DNA of 64,000 nucleotides from contig NIVC01000236.1 in the NCBI GenBank assembly GCA_002269645.1, forward strand, positions 372,001 to 436,000. Direction: 5' to 3'. Shown piece after piece: positions 23,225 through 35,339 of the stretch. The stretch's first letter is position 1. Each line of letters begins with the position of its first letter. This DNA comes from Macrostomum lignano (lineage: Eukaryota). The notes beneath the pieces were generated by a model. The model was not told where the DNA came from. It saw only the letters and a list, made by a program, of their open reading frames with translations, and made no database searches. Made by a program: the position numbers and the translations under genes.

Positions 23225-23772
23225 TTAGGTTCTCCAGGTGGGTTAGGGCCTGTGGGGAGATTCTCTAGGTGGGGTAGGGTCTATGGGAGACTCTCCAGGT
23301 GGGGTTGAGTCTATGGGGAGATTCTCCAGGTGGGTTAGGATCTGTGGGGAGATTCTCTAGGTGGGTAGGGTCTATGGGGAGATTCTCTAGGTGGGTAGGG
23401 TCTATGGGGAGAGACTCTCCAGATGGGTTAGGGTCTGTGGGGAGATTCTCTAGGTGGGGTAGGGTCTGTGGGTAGATTCTCTAGGTGGGGTAGGGTCTAT
23501 GGAGAGACTCTCCAGGTTAGGTAGAGTCTGGGGGGAGACTCTCCAGATGGAGTAGAGTCTATGGGGAGATTCTCCAGGTGGGTTAGGGTCTGGGGGGAGA
23601 CTCTCCAGATGGAGTAGAGTCTATGGGGAGATTCTCCAGGTGGGTTAGGGTCTGTGGGGAGATTCTCTAGGTGGGGTAGGATCTATGGGGAGACTCCAGG
23701 TGGGGTAGAGTCTATGGGGAGATTCTCCAGGTGGGTTAGGGTCTGTGGGGAGATTCTCTAGGTGGGTTAGGG
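23225..23772. repeat. ~31-bp G-rich minisatellite between the CRAL-TRIO paralogs
   Basis: Degenerate tandem GGGAGATTCTC(C/T)AGGTGGG(T/G)TAGGGTCT(A/G)TG. Confidence 0.85.
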
Positions 23773-24380
23773 TCGTCTAAGATGGAATTCTCAAAGTACA
23801 AAAGCAAGCGCCGGTAGATTAGATGCGGACCTCTGGCCAGTCAGCCTGTACTAATTGCCTTTAGTGCATGAGCCCTTGCACAGGTGCATTCGTCCTCAGA
23901 GTGCAATAAAAGCGCCAGCCGGCGGGACCAGCTTTTCTGCGCAGATTGTTTTGACTAAGATTTTTTACATTGTTTGATTACTTTTGCGTTCGTCCCGTCT
24001 GGAGCACGGGTGCACTGGTTGTTAGGTTTAGACTCTGACCGCCTGCTTGAGAAAATCGAATCCAGAAATTGCCTGCCGTATAAAATGGACTAACACGCCT
24101 GATCTAAATAACATGCACACCAACTAAGAAGCTTAGCAGGGTATAATGAGTATAAGCAGGGCAGCCGATTTAGAACAAATTATTATCAAATTTATATGGC
24201 TTCCGTGTTTTCTATTTGGTGGCTCGGCTCCTACGAGCTACATTCAAAAAACTTTTAACAAGGCCTCCCGCGGTGATTTTTTACTTTGAAACTTGATACG
24301 GTTACACTCTGGGTTTCCTAGATGATTTCAGCGAGTACTTTATCAGGTTTCTGTGCCCGGTGCCATCTCGGGTATCTAAT

Positions 24381-25600
24381 TCAGTCAACGTTGAGCTTGG
24401 TGAAGGTGCCCTGGATACCAGTGGTCGCGTCCGCCGCGCTGTCCTCGGTGCGCAAGTAGTCCTTGGTCGTTGGCAGCCGCTTGGATTCGTCAACCTCCAT
24501 CTCCTGCCGCTGAAGGCGCCACTCCCTGTGCATCCGCTCGCTGCCGAAGTTGTTTCTTGTCCATTCCATCAGCTCCTGCAGGGTGCCGTTGCTGCCGCCG
24601 AGCTCCTTGGGCAGCAGACGGTCGGCGTCCTGCTCCCCGATGACTTTCCTGAGCCTGGCGTAGTCCTTGCCGACCTTGTGCAGCTTCTTCTTGAACTTCT
24701 CCTTGAGAAACGGCGCGTTCTTGATCAGGGTGAAGATCACGTCAAAGAACGCCGGCTCGTTAACGTAGATCACGGTGCGGATTCGTACCGGAAACGCATC
24801 CTGCCAGTTGCGCATCAGAGAGAAGAAGTTCTTGCGGTTCTCGAAGAAGCTCATCTGGTTCCGATTGGCCTGGTTCATGTCAACCAGGATCTTGATCCCG
24901 TTGATCTGGCTGTACTGGTCCATCTGCGCCGCGTCCACCGACATGTACATGCAGCGGATCAGCTGTTCGAACGTCATCTTCTGCTGGTCCCAGTAGCCCA
25001 TGTTGGACACGTAGACTCCCTCGCCTTCGCTTGTGTGTCCGAGAAACACGTGGAAAGGATGGCTGAGGTACTCCTGCCGAAGGAAGTGGCGTAGGACTTC
25101 TGAGCCTCTGTTTGCCAGAAAGTTGGCTAAATAGTAATCAGCCTCACCTTAACCTCTGGACTGTCCACAGAAGGGTAGTCAAACCATGACGGCGTGCCCT
25201 TGGGCGACTTGCGGATGGTCAGGTAGTTGTCCAGCAGCATCTGAGCGCGGCTCTGGTCGAACTTGGCCACGCGAAGGAAGCGCAGCAGGAATCGGTCGTC
25301 TGCGCAGGGAGAAGGGTTGTTCTCTTTGTTTCTAACTTCAAGCTCTCTTCTCGCTACTTACGAGTAGGCGGTCATCAGATTTTCACTTTTTACTTTCGGC
25401 TGAGTTGGAAAGGCACAAACTGCTCTCTCACCTGTCCGGCACCTAAGGTGCGGCATGCTGCCCAGCCAGCGTCTCAGGCTGGCGATGTGGGCCGTGACCT
25501 GCGCCGGCTTCTCGTTGAGCTCCTTCTCGGCCCGCTTGATGAACCTCTTTTCGACGCCGTCGTAGGTGTACGGCCCGTCGTCATCCACTGCCGAAGCCAT
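24381..25600 (-). CDS. CRAL-TRIO/Sec14-like lipid-binding protein, copy B, ~337 aa
   Basis: Exons 25432-25600, 25148-25299 and 24381-25073. Same structure as copy A; exon 2, intron 2 and most of exon 3 are identical to copy A (offset 6033). Confidence 0.9.
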
Positions 25601-26159
25601 TTCTGCTTTGCTCTGCTTCTGGATTGAGAATTGCTGCAAGTGCGCTCGCTCAAACTGCGGGTGAGACGCTCGGGCACTCCCCAGCTATTCTTTAATACCT
25701 TGAGAAACGTCGGGTAGAGTAGCACAAAAAGCGACTGGGGCTGTTGTCTGCTTTGCCTTCCGCACAGCCAGTTGCTGCGGCAGACACCCGCCTCCCCCAT
25801 TGACAAGTACCACAGCTTAGGCGCTTCTGTCTTCTGCCCTGCCTAGTGGCTGCCTGCTGCAGCAGATCCAGGGCAGACTGGGCGCTCCTATTGTTGCCTG
25901 CACCCCTGTCAGTGGGGAGAGTCAGTGTTCTGTGTGTTGGAAATTTGTCTTATTTATTAAATTGTGCAGATGCAGGCGTTATTGCTGCGTTCTGCTGCTT
26001 GCGATAGCAGTGCCCCGAACTGGGTTGCACCTGCAGTGAATCAGCTGGCTTCATCCACGCTGGAGACTGGGTGGAGCACTTTGAGTAATGAAAATATTCT
26101 CCAGGCAGAAAGACAGATAAAGTGAGAGAGAAGGTGACTGCAAGATAGAGGGACAAGTA

Positions 26160-27628
26160 CAGTGAGACAGGTACAGTGAGACAGAGCCAGTGAGACAGGT
26201 ACAGTGATGGAGAGTCAGTGATAGAGAATCAGTGGGGAGAGTCAGTGAGGGAGAGTCAGTGATAGAGTCAGTGGGGAGAGTCAGTGGGGAGAGTCAGTGG
26301 GGAGAGTCAGTGGGGAGAGTCAGTGGGGAGAGTCAGTGAGGGAGAGTCAGTGGGGAGAGTCAGTGGGGAGAGTCAGTGATAGAGAGTCAGTGGGGAGAGT
26401 CAGTGATAGAGAGTCAGTGGGGAGAGTCAGTGATAGAGAGTCAGTGGGGAGAGTCAGTGATAGAGTCAGTGGGGAGAGTCAGTGATAGAGAGTCAGTGGG
26501 GAGAGTCAGTGATAGAGAGTCAGTGGGGAGAGTCAGTGATAGAGAGTCAGTGGGGAGAGTCAGTGATAGAGAGTCAGTGGGGAGAGTCAGTGATAGAGAG
26601 TCAGTGGGGAGAGTCAGTGATAGAGAGTCAGTGGGGAGAGTCAGTGATAGAGTCAGTGGGGAGAGTCAGTGAGGGAGAGTCAGTGATAGAGTCAGTGGGG
26701 AGAGTCAGTGGGGAGAGTCAGTGGGGAGAGTCAGTGGGGAGAGTCAGTGGGGAGAGTCAGTGAGGGAGAGTCAGTGGGGAGAGTCAGTGGGGAGAGTCAG
26801 TGATAGAGAGTCAGTGGGGAGAGTCAGTGATAGAGAGTCAGTGGGGAGAGTCAGTGATAGAGAGTCAGTGGGGAGAGTCAGTGATAGAGTCAGTGGGGAG
26901 AGTCAGTGATAGAGAGTCAGTGGGGAGAGTCAGTGATAGAGAGTCAGTGGGGAGAGTCAGTGATAGAGAGTCAGTGGGGAGAGTCAGTGATAGAGAGTCA
27001 GTGGGGAGAGTCAGTGATAGAGAGTCAGTGGGGAGAGTCAGTGATAGAGAGTCAGTGGGGAGAGTCAGTGATAGAGTCAGTGGGGAGAGTCAGTGATAGA
27101 GAGTCAGTGGGGAGAGTCAGTGATAGAGAGTCAGTGGGGAGAGTCAGTGATAGAGAGTCAGTGGGGAGAGTCAGTGATAGAGAGTCAGTGGGGAGAGTCA
27201 GTGATAGAGAGTCAGTGGGGAGAGTCAGTGATAGAGAGTCAGTGGGGAGAGTCAGTGATAGAGAGTCAGTGGGGAGAGTCAGTGATAGAGAGTCAGTGGG
27301 GAGAGTCAGTGATAGAGTCAGTGGGGAGAGTCAGTGATAGAGAGTCAGTGGGGAGAGTCAGTGATAGAGAGTCAGTGATAGAGAGTCAGTGGGGAGAGTC
27401 AGTGATAGAGAGTCAGTGGGGAGAGTCAGTGATAGAGAGTCAGTGGGGAGAGTCAGTGATAGAGAGTCAGTGGGGAGAGTCAGTGATAGAGAGTCAGTGG
27501 GGAGAGTCAGTGATAGAGTCAGTGGGGAGAGTCAGTGATAGAGAGTCAGTGGGGAGAGTCAGTGATAGAGTCAGTGGGGAGAGTCAGTGATAGAGAGTCA
27601 AGTGGGGAGAGTCAGTGGGGAGAGTCAG
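26160..27628. repeat. Compound 13/14-bp satellite with ~424-bp higher-order duplication
   Basis: Alternating GAGAGTCAGTGGG and GAGAGTCAGTGATA units. Identical ORF-track peptides recur at a 424-bp offset (26297/26721, 26376/26800, 26482/26906). Confidence 0.9.
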
Positions 27629-28109
27629 AGTGAAGAATATATACGAAGCGGCAATCCCTGTTGCCGAATCCCCTACTGTCAGTGGTCAGTAGTAGTGTGA
27701 AAATATTGTGCAGTAGCATGCGCAGTTTCGATACAAACAAACTCGATTTTTTAAATTCCACTTTCACAAAGTCAGACTTGCCCATTGTCAGAACCTGGAG
27801 TAAGAGCTCTTCCATTATGAATTGGGCTCATTTTAAAGCTGAAAGCTAAAAACCATGTTTTTGGTGGTGGGTTGTGGGCCTGAAGCACTGTAGACACCCT
27901 GGAGCAACGCCACATCATCCCACAACCAGCGCTGACGGCAATTCTGCCCATTCCGTTGACTTCTGAGCACATAATAAATAATAATTGATTACACCTGCCC
28001 CGATTGGGCCAGATGTGCAACCGACAGCTCAGCCGCAGCTATTGCGCGGCGCATCTGAAGGCTGCGTACGGCTGTTCAGTCCAAGGACTGGGGGGTCGCC
28101 ACACACCTT

Positions 28110-28230
28110 CAATTACCCCAGCTAATGCTGCCACAAATTTTACAGCTGGGTGAACTGAAGCAAAGCAGAGTTAAGTGCCTTGCTCAAGGACACAAATTGT
28201 TCCAGTGGGATCAGGAATCGAACCCCATGG
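28110..28230 (+). mobile_element. SINE-like fragment
   Basis: TTTACAGCTGGGTGAACTGAAGCAA...GTTAAGTGCCTTGCTCAAGGACAC...GGAATCGAACCC resembles, from memory, the conserved central domain plus tRNA-like 3' part of widespread metazoan SINEs. Not verified by search. Confidence 0.4.
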
Positions 28231-28704
28231 CATTGCCCTCATGGGGTGCGAATTCCACGACAACCCCGGGCAATCTGTTCTGTGTTGGCCTACCCGTGAA
28301 ATTTTGAGTTCTGCAGGAAAGAATCACCTGTTGCTCCGGGCTCTGCTTCGCTGTCTCCAGAGCCAGTCGCGTTCAACCAAATGAACTGGCACTCCGAAAT
28401 AAATTTTGAGACAACATTGATACTCTAAACTGAGCCATACTGTACCTGCGAACCCGCTTCACTCATCGGCATTCCATTTTAATTGTAGCTTTCTAGGAAA
28501 CCTGCCGATTTGCGCAGCTTTTCGCTCCGACGAATTAAACTGACTGCCATATTTGGCCATGATAAATGGGTGAGAGGGACGAGGTGATCAGCGCAAGTGA
28601 TGCACCATGCTGAACAGTTCACACAGGCGAAAATTATTTTTTAACTTTCTTCTAACACAGTTTGAGTTTGGCACCTCAATCATACTCTGCGTCTAATACT
28701 CATC

Positions 28705-29110
28705 CCACATCTCTCCTCGCCTCTCTACTCCAATTTCCCCCTTCTCTCCTTCTCCTCTCCTCTCTTGTCCTCTCCTCTCTTCTCCTCTCCTCTCTTCTCC
28801 TCTCCATTCCAATCCCCTCTCCTCTCTCCTTCTCCTCCTCTCCTTCTCCTCTCCTTCTCCTCTCCTCTCCTCTCTCCTTCTCCTCCTCTCCTTCTCCTCT
28901 CCTTCTCCTCTCCTCTCCTCTCCTCTCCACTCCAATCTCCTTCCTTCTCTCCTTCTCCTTTCTTCTCCTCTCCTCTCCAATCTCCTTCCTTCCCTCCTTC
29001 TTCTCCTCTCTTCTCCTCTCCTCTCCAATCTCCTTCCTTCTCTCCTTCTCCTCTCTTCTCCTCTCCACTCCAATCTCCTTCCTTCTCTCCTTTTCCTCTC
29101 CTCTCCTCAT
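28705..29110. repeat. Polypyrimidine (CT-rich) low-complexity tract
   Basis: CTCCTCTCCTTCTC-type degenerate repeats. Confidence 0.85.
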
Positions 29111-30599
29111 CAAGCAGGCCGGTAGTTCAATGCCTCACGCTGCAAGCAGGCTCAGGCGGCCTGGCGGTTGCTGTAGCGGTCAGCTTGGCCTCGCCAACAA
29201 GCTCGCAGCCTGCGGCCCGTGGCTAAGTAGGGGAATCCAGCTACCCCCCCCCCCAACAGATCCCCTCCTCTGCGCAAGCCACGCGTGACTCGGATTCAGT
29301 CTCTAGGCTGGAAGAGTGAAAGCCCTCAAAATGATGAATTTATTAGAGATTTGAGATCCAAGACCGCAGCGTGAGCCGGGCAGACCAAGATCGATGTCCA
29401 GCCCTCAGACTGATCCAGCTAAGCCTCCTTCAGACATCAAAAGGCATCGCCTGCATTTTCCAGTGGCGATCAAAGCCCCCCTCCCTCCCGTAAAAACTCT
29501 GAACTCCCGGCGCCGTCGAGCGTGGCAAATTAATTGCGCGGATATCGAGCCGGGTTCGCCGCTTTGTCAGAGGCGGAGCTTTGGGCCCAGATTGATCCCA
29601 TTGATCCCGATTGATCCCCCCCCGTATCCAAGGCCGAGGAGCCGCCTGTGTTATTGTGGGATTTCCATGCATCGTCTTCATTTTTCACGGCCGATTTGCT
29701 GGGGCGAGCATGGGATGAGCAATTGCGATGGGAGCCAGATCCGGGATCTGGAATTCGCTGCTCAGCCAGGCGTCTCATGCCCGTTTATGACAAACTGCCT
29801 TTGCACCGCCATCTCAAAAACCATCTCAAATCGATTTCCCCAGAGTTCAAATCCTTGGCACCTGGCCAACTCTCTTCCTAAAACTATTTTTCCTGCCGTC
29901 AAGGTGGATTAACTCGGGATGTGGGAGTTGGGGGGGGGAGGGCATCGTCCCGCCTTGACAACAGAGACGCCCCGAGCTGCCCCAGTTACAAACAACCTTT
30001 TTGAGGAAGGGTCGCTTTCTTAACCTTTTTATTCTGCCGTGTTGGAAAAGGAAACAAGGCGAAGCAGACGCGAGGCCGTGTAATGTTGAACTAATTGGCC
30101 CGTATTGTTGGCAGTGGGCCGCTTGCGTCTTTTACCTTTGTTTTTTTATTAACCAGCTCGAGTCGGGCACTGCATGTATCCGGGCAGGGGGGGTAGTTTT
30201 TGCGGCTGGGGAAAAAAACGAAAAATCCCCGCCTTTACAGTGATTTAAGATCCCCAATTTGTGCTCTAATTTTTTTAAAAACAAAACCAGCAAAAACTGG
30301 CTACTCACGGGGAGTCTGTTTCTGGGGAGTTTTAAAAACTTCTCACTGAATCCCAGCTAAGTAGATGGGAGCAAAGTTGATTTGTGAGGGCCCTGGCTCA
30401 GTGCCAATGCTTGAGTTGACCTCAATCGAAACTTTGAAGTGGGTGACCTCAGGGTGACCTGGCTCTTAGTTGACCTTTATCGAAAAACAATATTGAAAGC
30501 GTTGGGAACAAAGCAGGAGGGAGTGTGCGGAGGGGAAGAATGCTATGGAAAATGAGAAGGAAAAATTCGAGAAAGGGAAGAAGACGGTTGAGTTGGTTA

Positions 30600-31820
30600 T
30601 TGAGAGGGTGTAGCAGAGGGTATAGCAGGATCGAGAGGGTATTCGAGAGGGTATTCGAGAGGGTGTAGTAGAGGGTATAGCAGGATCGAGAGGGTATTCG
30701 AGAGGGTATTCGAGAGGGTATAGTAGAGGGTACACCAGGATCGGGAGGGTATTCGAGAGGGTGTAGCAGAGGGTATAGCAGGATCGAGAGGGTGTAGCAG
30801 GATCGAGAGGGTATAGCAGGATCGAGAGGGTATAGCAGGATCGAGAGGGTGTAGCAGGATCGAGAGGGTATAGCAGGATCGAGAGGGTATAGCAGGATCG
30901 AGAGGGTATAGCAGGATCGAGAGGGTGTAGCAGAGGGTATAGCAGGATCGAGAGGGTGTAGCAGAGGGTATAGCAGGATCGAGAGGGTGCAGCAGAGGGT
31001 ATAGCAGGATCGAGAGGGTGTAGCAGAGGGTACACTAGGATCGGGAGGGTGTAGCAGAGGGTACACTAGGATCGGGAGGGTGTAGCAGAGGGTATAGCAG
31101 GATCGAGAGGGTGTAGCAGAGGGTATAGCAGGATCGAGAGGGTGTAGCAGAGGGTATAGCAGGATCGAGAGGGTGTAGCAGAGGGTACACTAGGATCGGG
31201 AGGGTGTAGCAGAGGGTACACTAGGATCGGGAGGGTGTAGCAGAGGGTACACTAGGATCGAGAGGGTGTAGCAGAGGGTACACTAGGATCGAGAGGGTGT
31301 AGCAGAGGGTACACTAGGATCGGGAGGGTGTAGCAGAGGGTTCACTAGGATCGGGAGGGTGTAGCAGAGGGTATAACAGTGGCAATCAAAGCCCCCCTCC
31401 CTCCCGTAAAAACTCTGAACTCCCGGCGCCGTCGAGCGTCGCAGAGGGTAGCAGAGGGTACACCAGGATCGGGAGGGTATTCGAGAGGGTGTAGCAGAGG
31501 GTATAGCAGGATCGAGAGGGTGTAGCAGAGGGTATAGCAGGATCGAGAGGGTGTAGCAGAGGGTATAGCAGGATCGGCAAGGTGATTGTAAGGATGACGG
31601 TAAGAAAGATGGTGATGTAGAGGGTGGCAGAGAGGGTGGCAGAGAGGGTGGCAGAGAGGGTGGCAGAGAGGGTGGCAGAGAGGGTGGCAGAGAGGGTGGC
31701 AGAGAGGGTGGCAGAGAGGGTGGCAGAGAGGGTGGCAGAGAGGGTGGCAGAGAGGGTGGCAGAGAGGGTGGCAGAGAGGGTGGCAGAGAGGGTGGCAGAG
31801 AGGGTGGCAGAGAGGGTGGC
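30600..31820. repeat. Compound GAGAGGGT-based satellite (14/19-bp units, then a perfect 12-bp array)
   Basis: GAGAGGGTATAGCAGGATC and GAGAGGGTGTAGCA units up to ~31580, then (GAGAGGGTGGCA)n at 31620-31820. Confidence 0.9.
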
Positions 31821-32629
31821 AGGAAGGCTGATGTACAGCAGGGTTGAGAGGGTGGAGGGTGATTCTCTGCACGGCTCTCACCTACGGCCCATAATCAATG
31901 CAGCCCCATTCGCTTCAATGTGTAGACAGAAATCAGACCCCACCTTGGCTTCCGCGAGGAAGTTAATAAAAAAGTTGCCACTGAACTGCGGGAATTCGAT
32001 ACCTGAACGTTCCGAAAAATGTGGAAAATGTGTGAAGATATTGTTGAGCTAAGAGGCAGACAGTAAGGAACAGTGGGGGGGCACTGAGAAACTTGATGCC
32101 GCATGAAATACAATTTCCAGTTTTACACGCCATCTGCCAAAATGTTGACGGGGCTCGTGAAACTTTTTCTTGCTATGAGGAGGTGTGAAACTGTTTTTAG
32201 TGACGCACGTGTTGATCATCACGGCTATGCAACCGCGCCATCACCCCCTGCCCAGTTTTTACCTGAGGCACCTCAGCCTGGGCGATATTGACGCTTTCAC
32301 CTGGCAGTTTTTTGGCCATTTTTCATCTTTTCACCCCCCCCCCGCTGGGTGTTGCATCGCCAGCAGTTCTCTGGTCAGGCCTGTCACCTTCCATCCATTG
32401 TTCTGCGCTGAAGTGTTGATTTTAACAGTTTTTTTCTAAATATTGATGCCATGAAAAGTGTGAAATGAAAAAATAAGCTATTGTTATTGCCGCTTTTGTC
32501 TACGTTTGAGACTTCAGAAGATGTGCTGGGCTATTGGGCTCTGGGCGGAACAAGGGGTCTCGAGACAAACCATGCAGTTGTCGAAAAAGCGAAAGTGAAG
32601 AGGATGCAAATGAGAGGGCAGCTAGATAG

Positions 32630-33450
32630 AGGGGAAGGGGTAGAAAGGGATAAGAAGAGGGGAGAGAAATGGACAGGGCGAGATGGAGAGATAGAAGGTT
32701 TGAAGGAAAAAAAGGGAGAGTTGAAGGAGAGGGAGAGAGGAAGGAGAGGGAGAGTTGAAGGAGAGAGAGAGAGGAAGGAGAGGGAGAGGGGAAGGAGAGG
32801 GAGAGAGGAAGGAGAGGGAGAGTTGAAGGAGTGGGAGAGAGGAATGAGAGAGAGAGAGGAAGGAGAGGGAGAGAGGAAGGAGAGGGAGAGGGGAAGGAGA
32901 GGGAGAGTTGAAGGAGAGGGAGAGAGGAAGGAGAGGGAGAGGGGAAGGAGAGGGAGAGAGGAAGGAGAGGGAGAGTTGAAGGAGAGAGAGAGAGGAAGGA
33001 GAGGGAGAGGGGAAGGAGAGGGAGAGAGGAAGGAGAGGGAGAGAGGAAGGAGAGGGAGAGAGGAAGGAGAGGGAGAGGGGAAGGAGAGGGAGAGTTGAAG
33101 GAGAGGGAGAGAGGAAGGAGAGGGAGAGGGAGAGGGGAAGGAGAGGGAGAGAGGAAGGAGAGGGAGAGGGAGAGAGGAAGGAGAGGGAGAGGGAGAGGGG
33201 AAGGAGAGGGAGAGAGGAAGGAGAGGGAGAGGGAGAGAGGAAGGAGAGGGAGAGGGGAAGGAGAGGGAGAGTTGAAGGAGAGGGAGAGAGGAAGGAGAGG
33301 GAGAGGGAGAGGGGAAGGAGAGGGAGAGAGGAAGGAGAGGGAGAGGGAGAGGGGAAGGAGATGGAGAGATAGAAGGTTTGAGAGGGAGAGAGAGCGAAAC
33401 TCTCGTAGTTGGAGAGAGGGTAGATTGATGGAGAGAGAGAAGGGGAGAGG
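32630..33450. repeat. Polypurine (GA-rich) tract
   Basis: GGAGAGGGAGAGAGGAA-type repeats. Confidence 0.85.
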
Positions 33451-35339
33451 GGAAGGACAAGGCAGAGTGGGAGAGAAATTTTCAGTGAGGCAGGCGACAG
33501 GACGTGATGAGGCTCGCAGTTTCCAATGTGTTTCCAGAATCCTGTGTCAGTCTCTTCAAGCTTCGCATCGCGTGCGCATGGCCAGTAGAGGCGGGAGACA
33601 GCAAGGAGCCACAATTACGATGTCTCCTACGTGAAAGTGAATGCCGCAGGCTGGCTTGTCAAATCCATGCGTAGCGAGCGGACTGGCAAACAATGGAAGC
33701 AGGCTCCGACCACTTGAATCGATTGTTCAAAAACTTCTCCCAAGACAGTGATTGATGAAGCCGATGTGCAGGCATCTGTGGGATCGGCAGCTGCGCAGTT
33801 TTCGGCATTCGGTTTTGCATCCCTCTTATTGAAGCGCACATTACTGGCATGGAAACTTGCGTATCGCGTCGGGGGCACTTCGTCCTCGCTCGCAATAACA
33901 ACTCACCTCGGACAGCAATTGCCCAGCGGGTTCCAAAACACACCGGGAAAGCGCAGAAACGCAGAATGGCTGTTGAAAGCCTCCTGCATTTCCAAGAAGT
34001 ACACAGGAAATCGACACGGCTAATCCGGAGCCAGAATATCCACCTCTTATCCTCGTAATCCCGTTGTTATTTGGTTAAGCCGTTTAAAACCGGTTTCGAA
34101 AACAATTGCAGGGAGGGTGCGAGAAGTCAAAGTCCCCCTAAAACTCCCCATTGTTTGCTGGGGATTATTATGCAATTAGCGGCATTGTGGCATTTCTCCC
34201 CTCGCCTTATCTCCCACTTTGTCACCCCGAGTTTGCAAACACTACTTGGATCGTCGGCTCCCAGCCCCCCACTGGGACGGCCCGTATCAACAGCGGCTGC
34301 GGCACCTCGCACCGCAGTTTGGCATCGAGGAGTCTCCACAGAAGTTGCGTCACTCAAGAATTCCCAAGCTCAACCTCATGCTCAGCGTGGGATCTGCCGG
34401 GAAGTGTTGCACTTGCCTGGCCAGCCGCGGGCCCTAAAGCGATATTCGATCCCCTCCTCGATTGCAGTTCTCCTAGCAACAGAGGAATCGGTACGCCGCG
34501 TGGGCGATTCCCCAGGCCAGGTGGGATGATGAAGCCTTGACTGCCTTTTTGCCATGCTTGGAGATTTTTTCTCCCAAAGTCTGAGGGGACAATTATATAG
34601 TATTTGAAAGCTATATGCTAATTTTTAGCAATAAATTTCTTTTCAAACTTTTAAGCCTTCAAATGGAGACTGCGAGACTGCGGCCTGGCAACCACCAGCT
34701 TCCCCATCCTAATTGCCGATTACCTGTCTGTTTGGATATTCTCAAGAAACAGAATAGAGAATTTATTGCCTGTCTCCGGGAGTTTTTGATAATTTAAATT
34801 TATTGTTTAACATGCAGTGTACGGAGGGAATCGACTGCTTTTACCGAATCCCGTAGCTTCCCTCTACTGCATCCGGCAAACTCATCTTATCTCATCTCCG
34901 CGTCATCTCCGCGATCAACTCACTCATCAACTTGTCAACAGTTGCACTAAGCAACAGCTCATTGGCTATTTGGTCTGTGTGCCTATTAGTGACCTTTGAC
35001 TCAACTTTTCCTGCATTGCCAATGCCAAATTTGGTTGCCAGGCCCCGGTGGATTCGCCGCTCCATGCTCACCTGGCCGGGGAAGACAATCGATGGAGCTG
35101 CGGTGTGGGACAGGAAGAGAAAGAAAAACAAGTTGAGCAGCCAGCCGCGGGTGAATCCGGTTGCGTCACGTCGGTCTGGCTTGACAAACTTGTTTGCAGT
35201 GAAAATGACACCGCGTGTTCCTGAGTTGCTGTTTTAAAAAAGCGATTTATACTCGTAGCAAGGTGCAACGGGATCTGGGGTACCGGGTTGAATCATAGGA
35301 TTAGATCCACATGATCTGATACAGGGATTAACTCATGAG

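Noticed and set aside
23225-23772. Interstitial telomere
   Set aside because: TTAGGG occurs at most once per ~31-bp unit and is not a tandem hexamer array.
29394-30250. ORFs at 29394-29912 and nearby as a possible gene or transposon
   Set aside because: No recognisable domain, no consistent splice chain and no terminal repeats.
28662-33634. Long Ser/Pro/Leu and Glu/Arg/Gly ORFs
   Set aside because: Translations of CT-rich and GA-rich low-complexity tracts.
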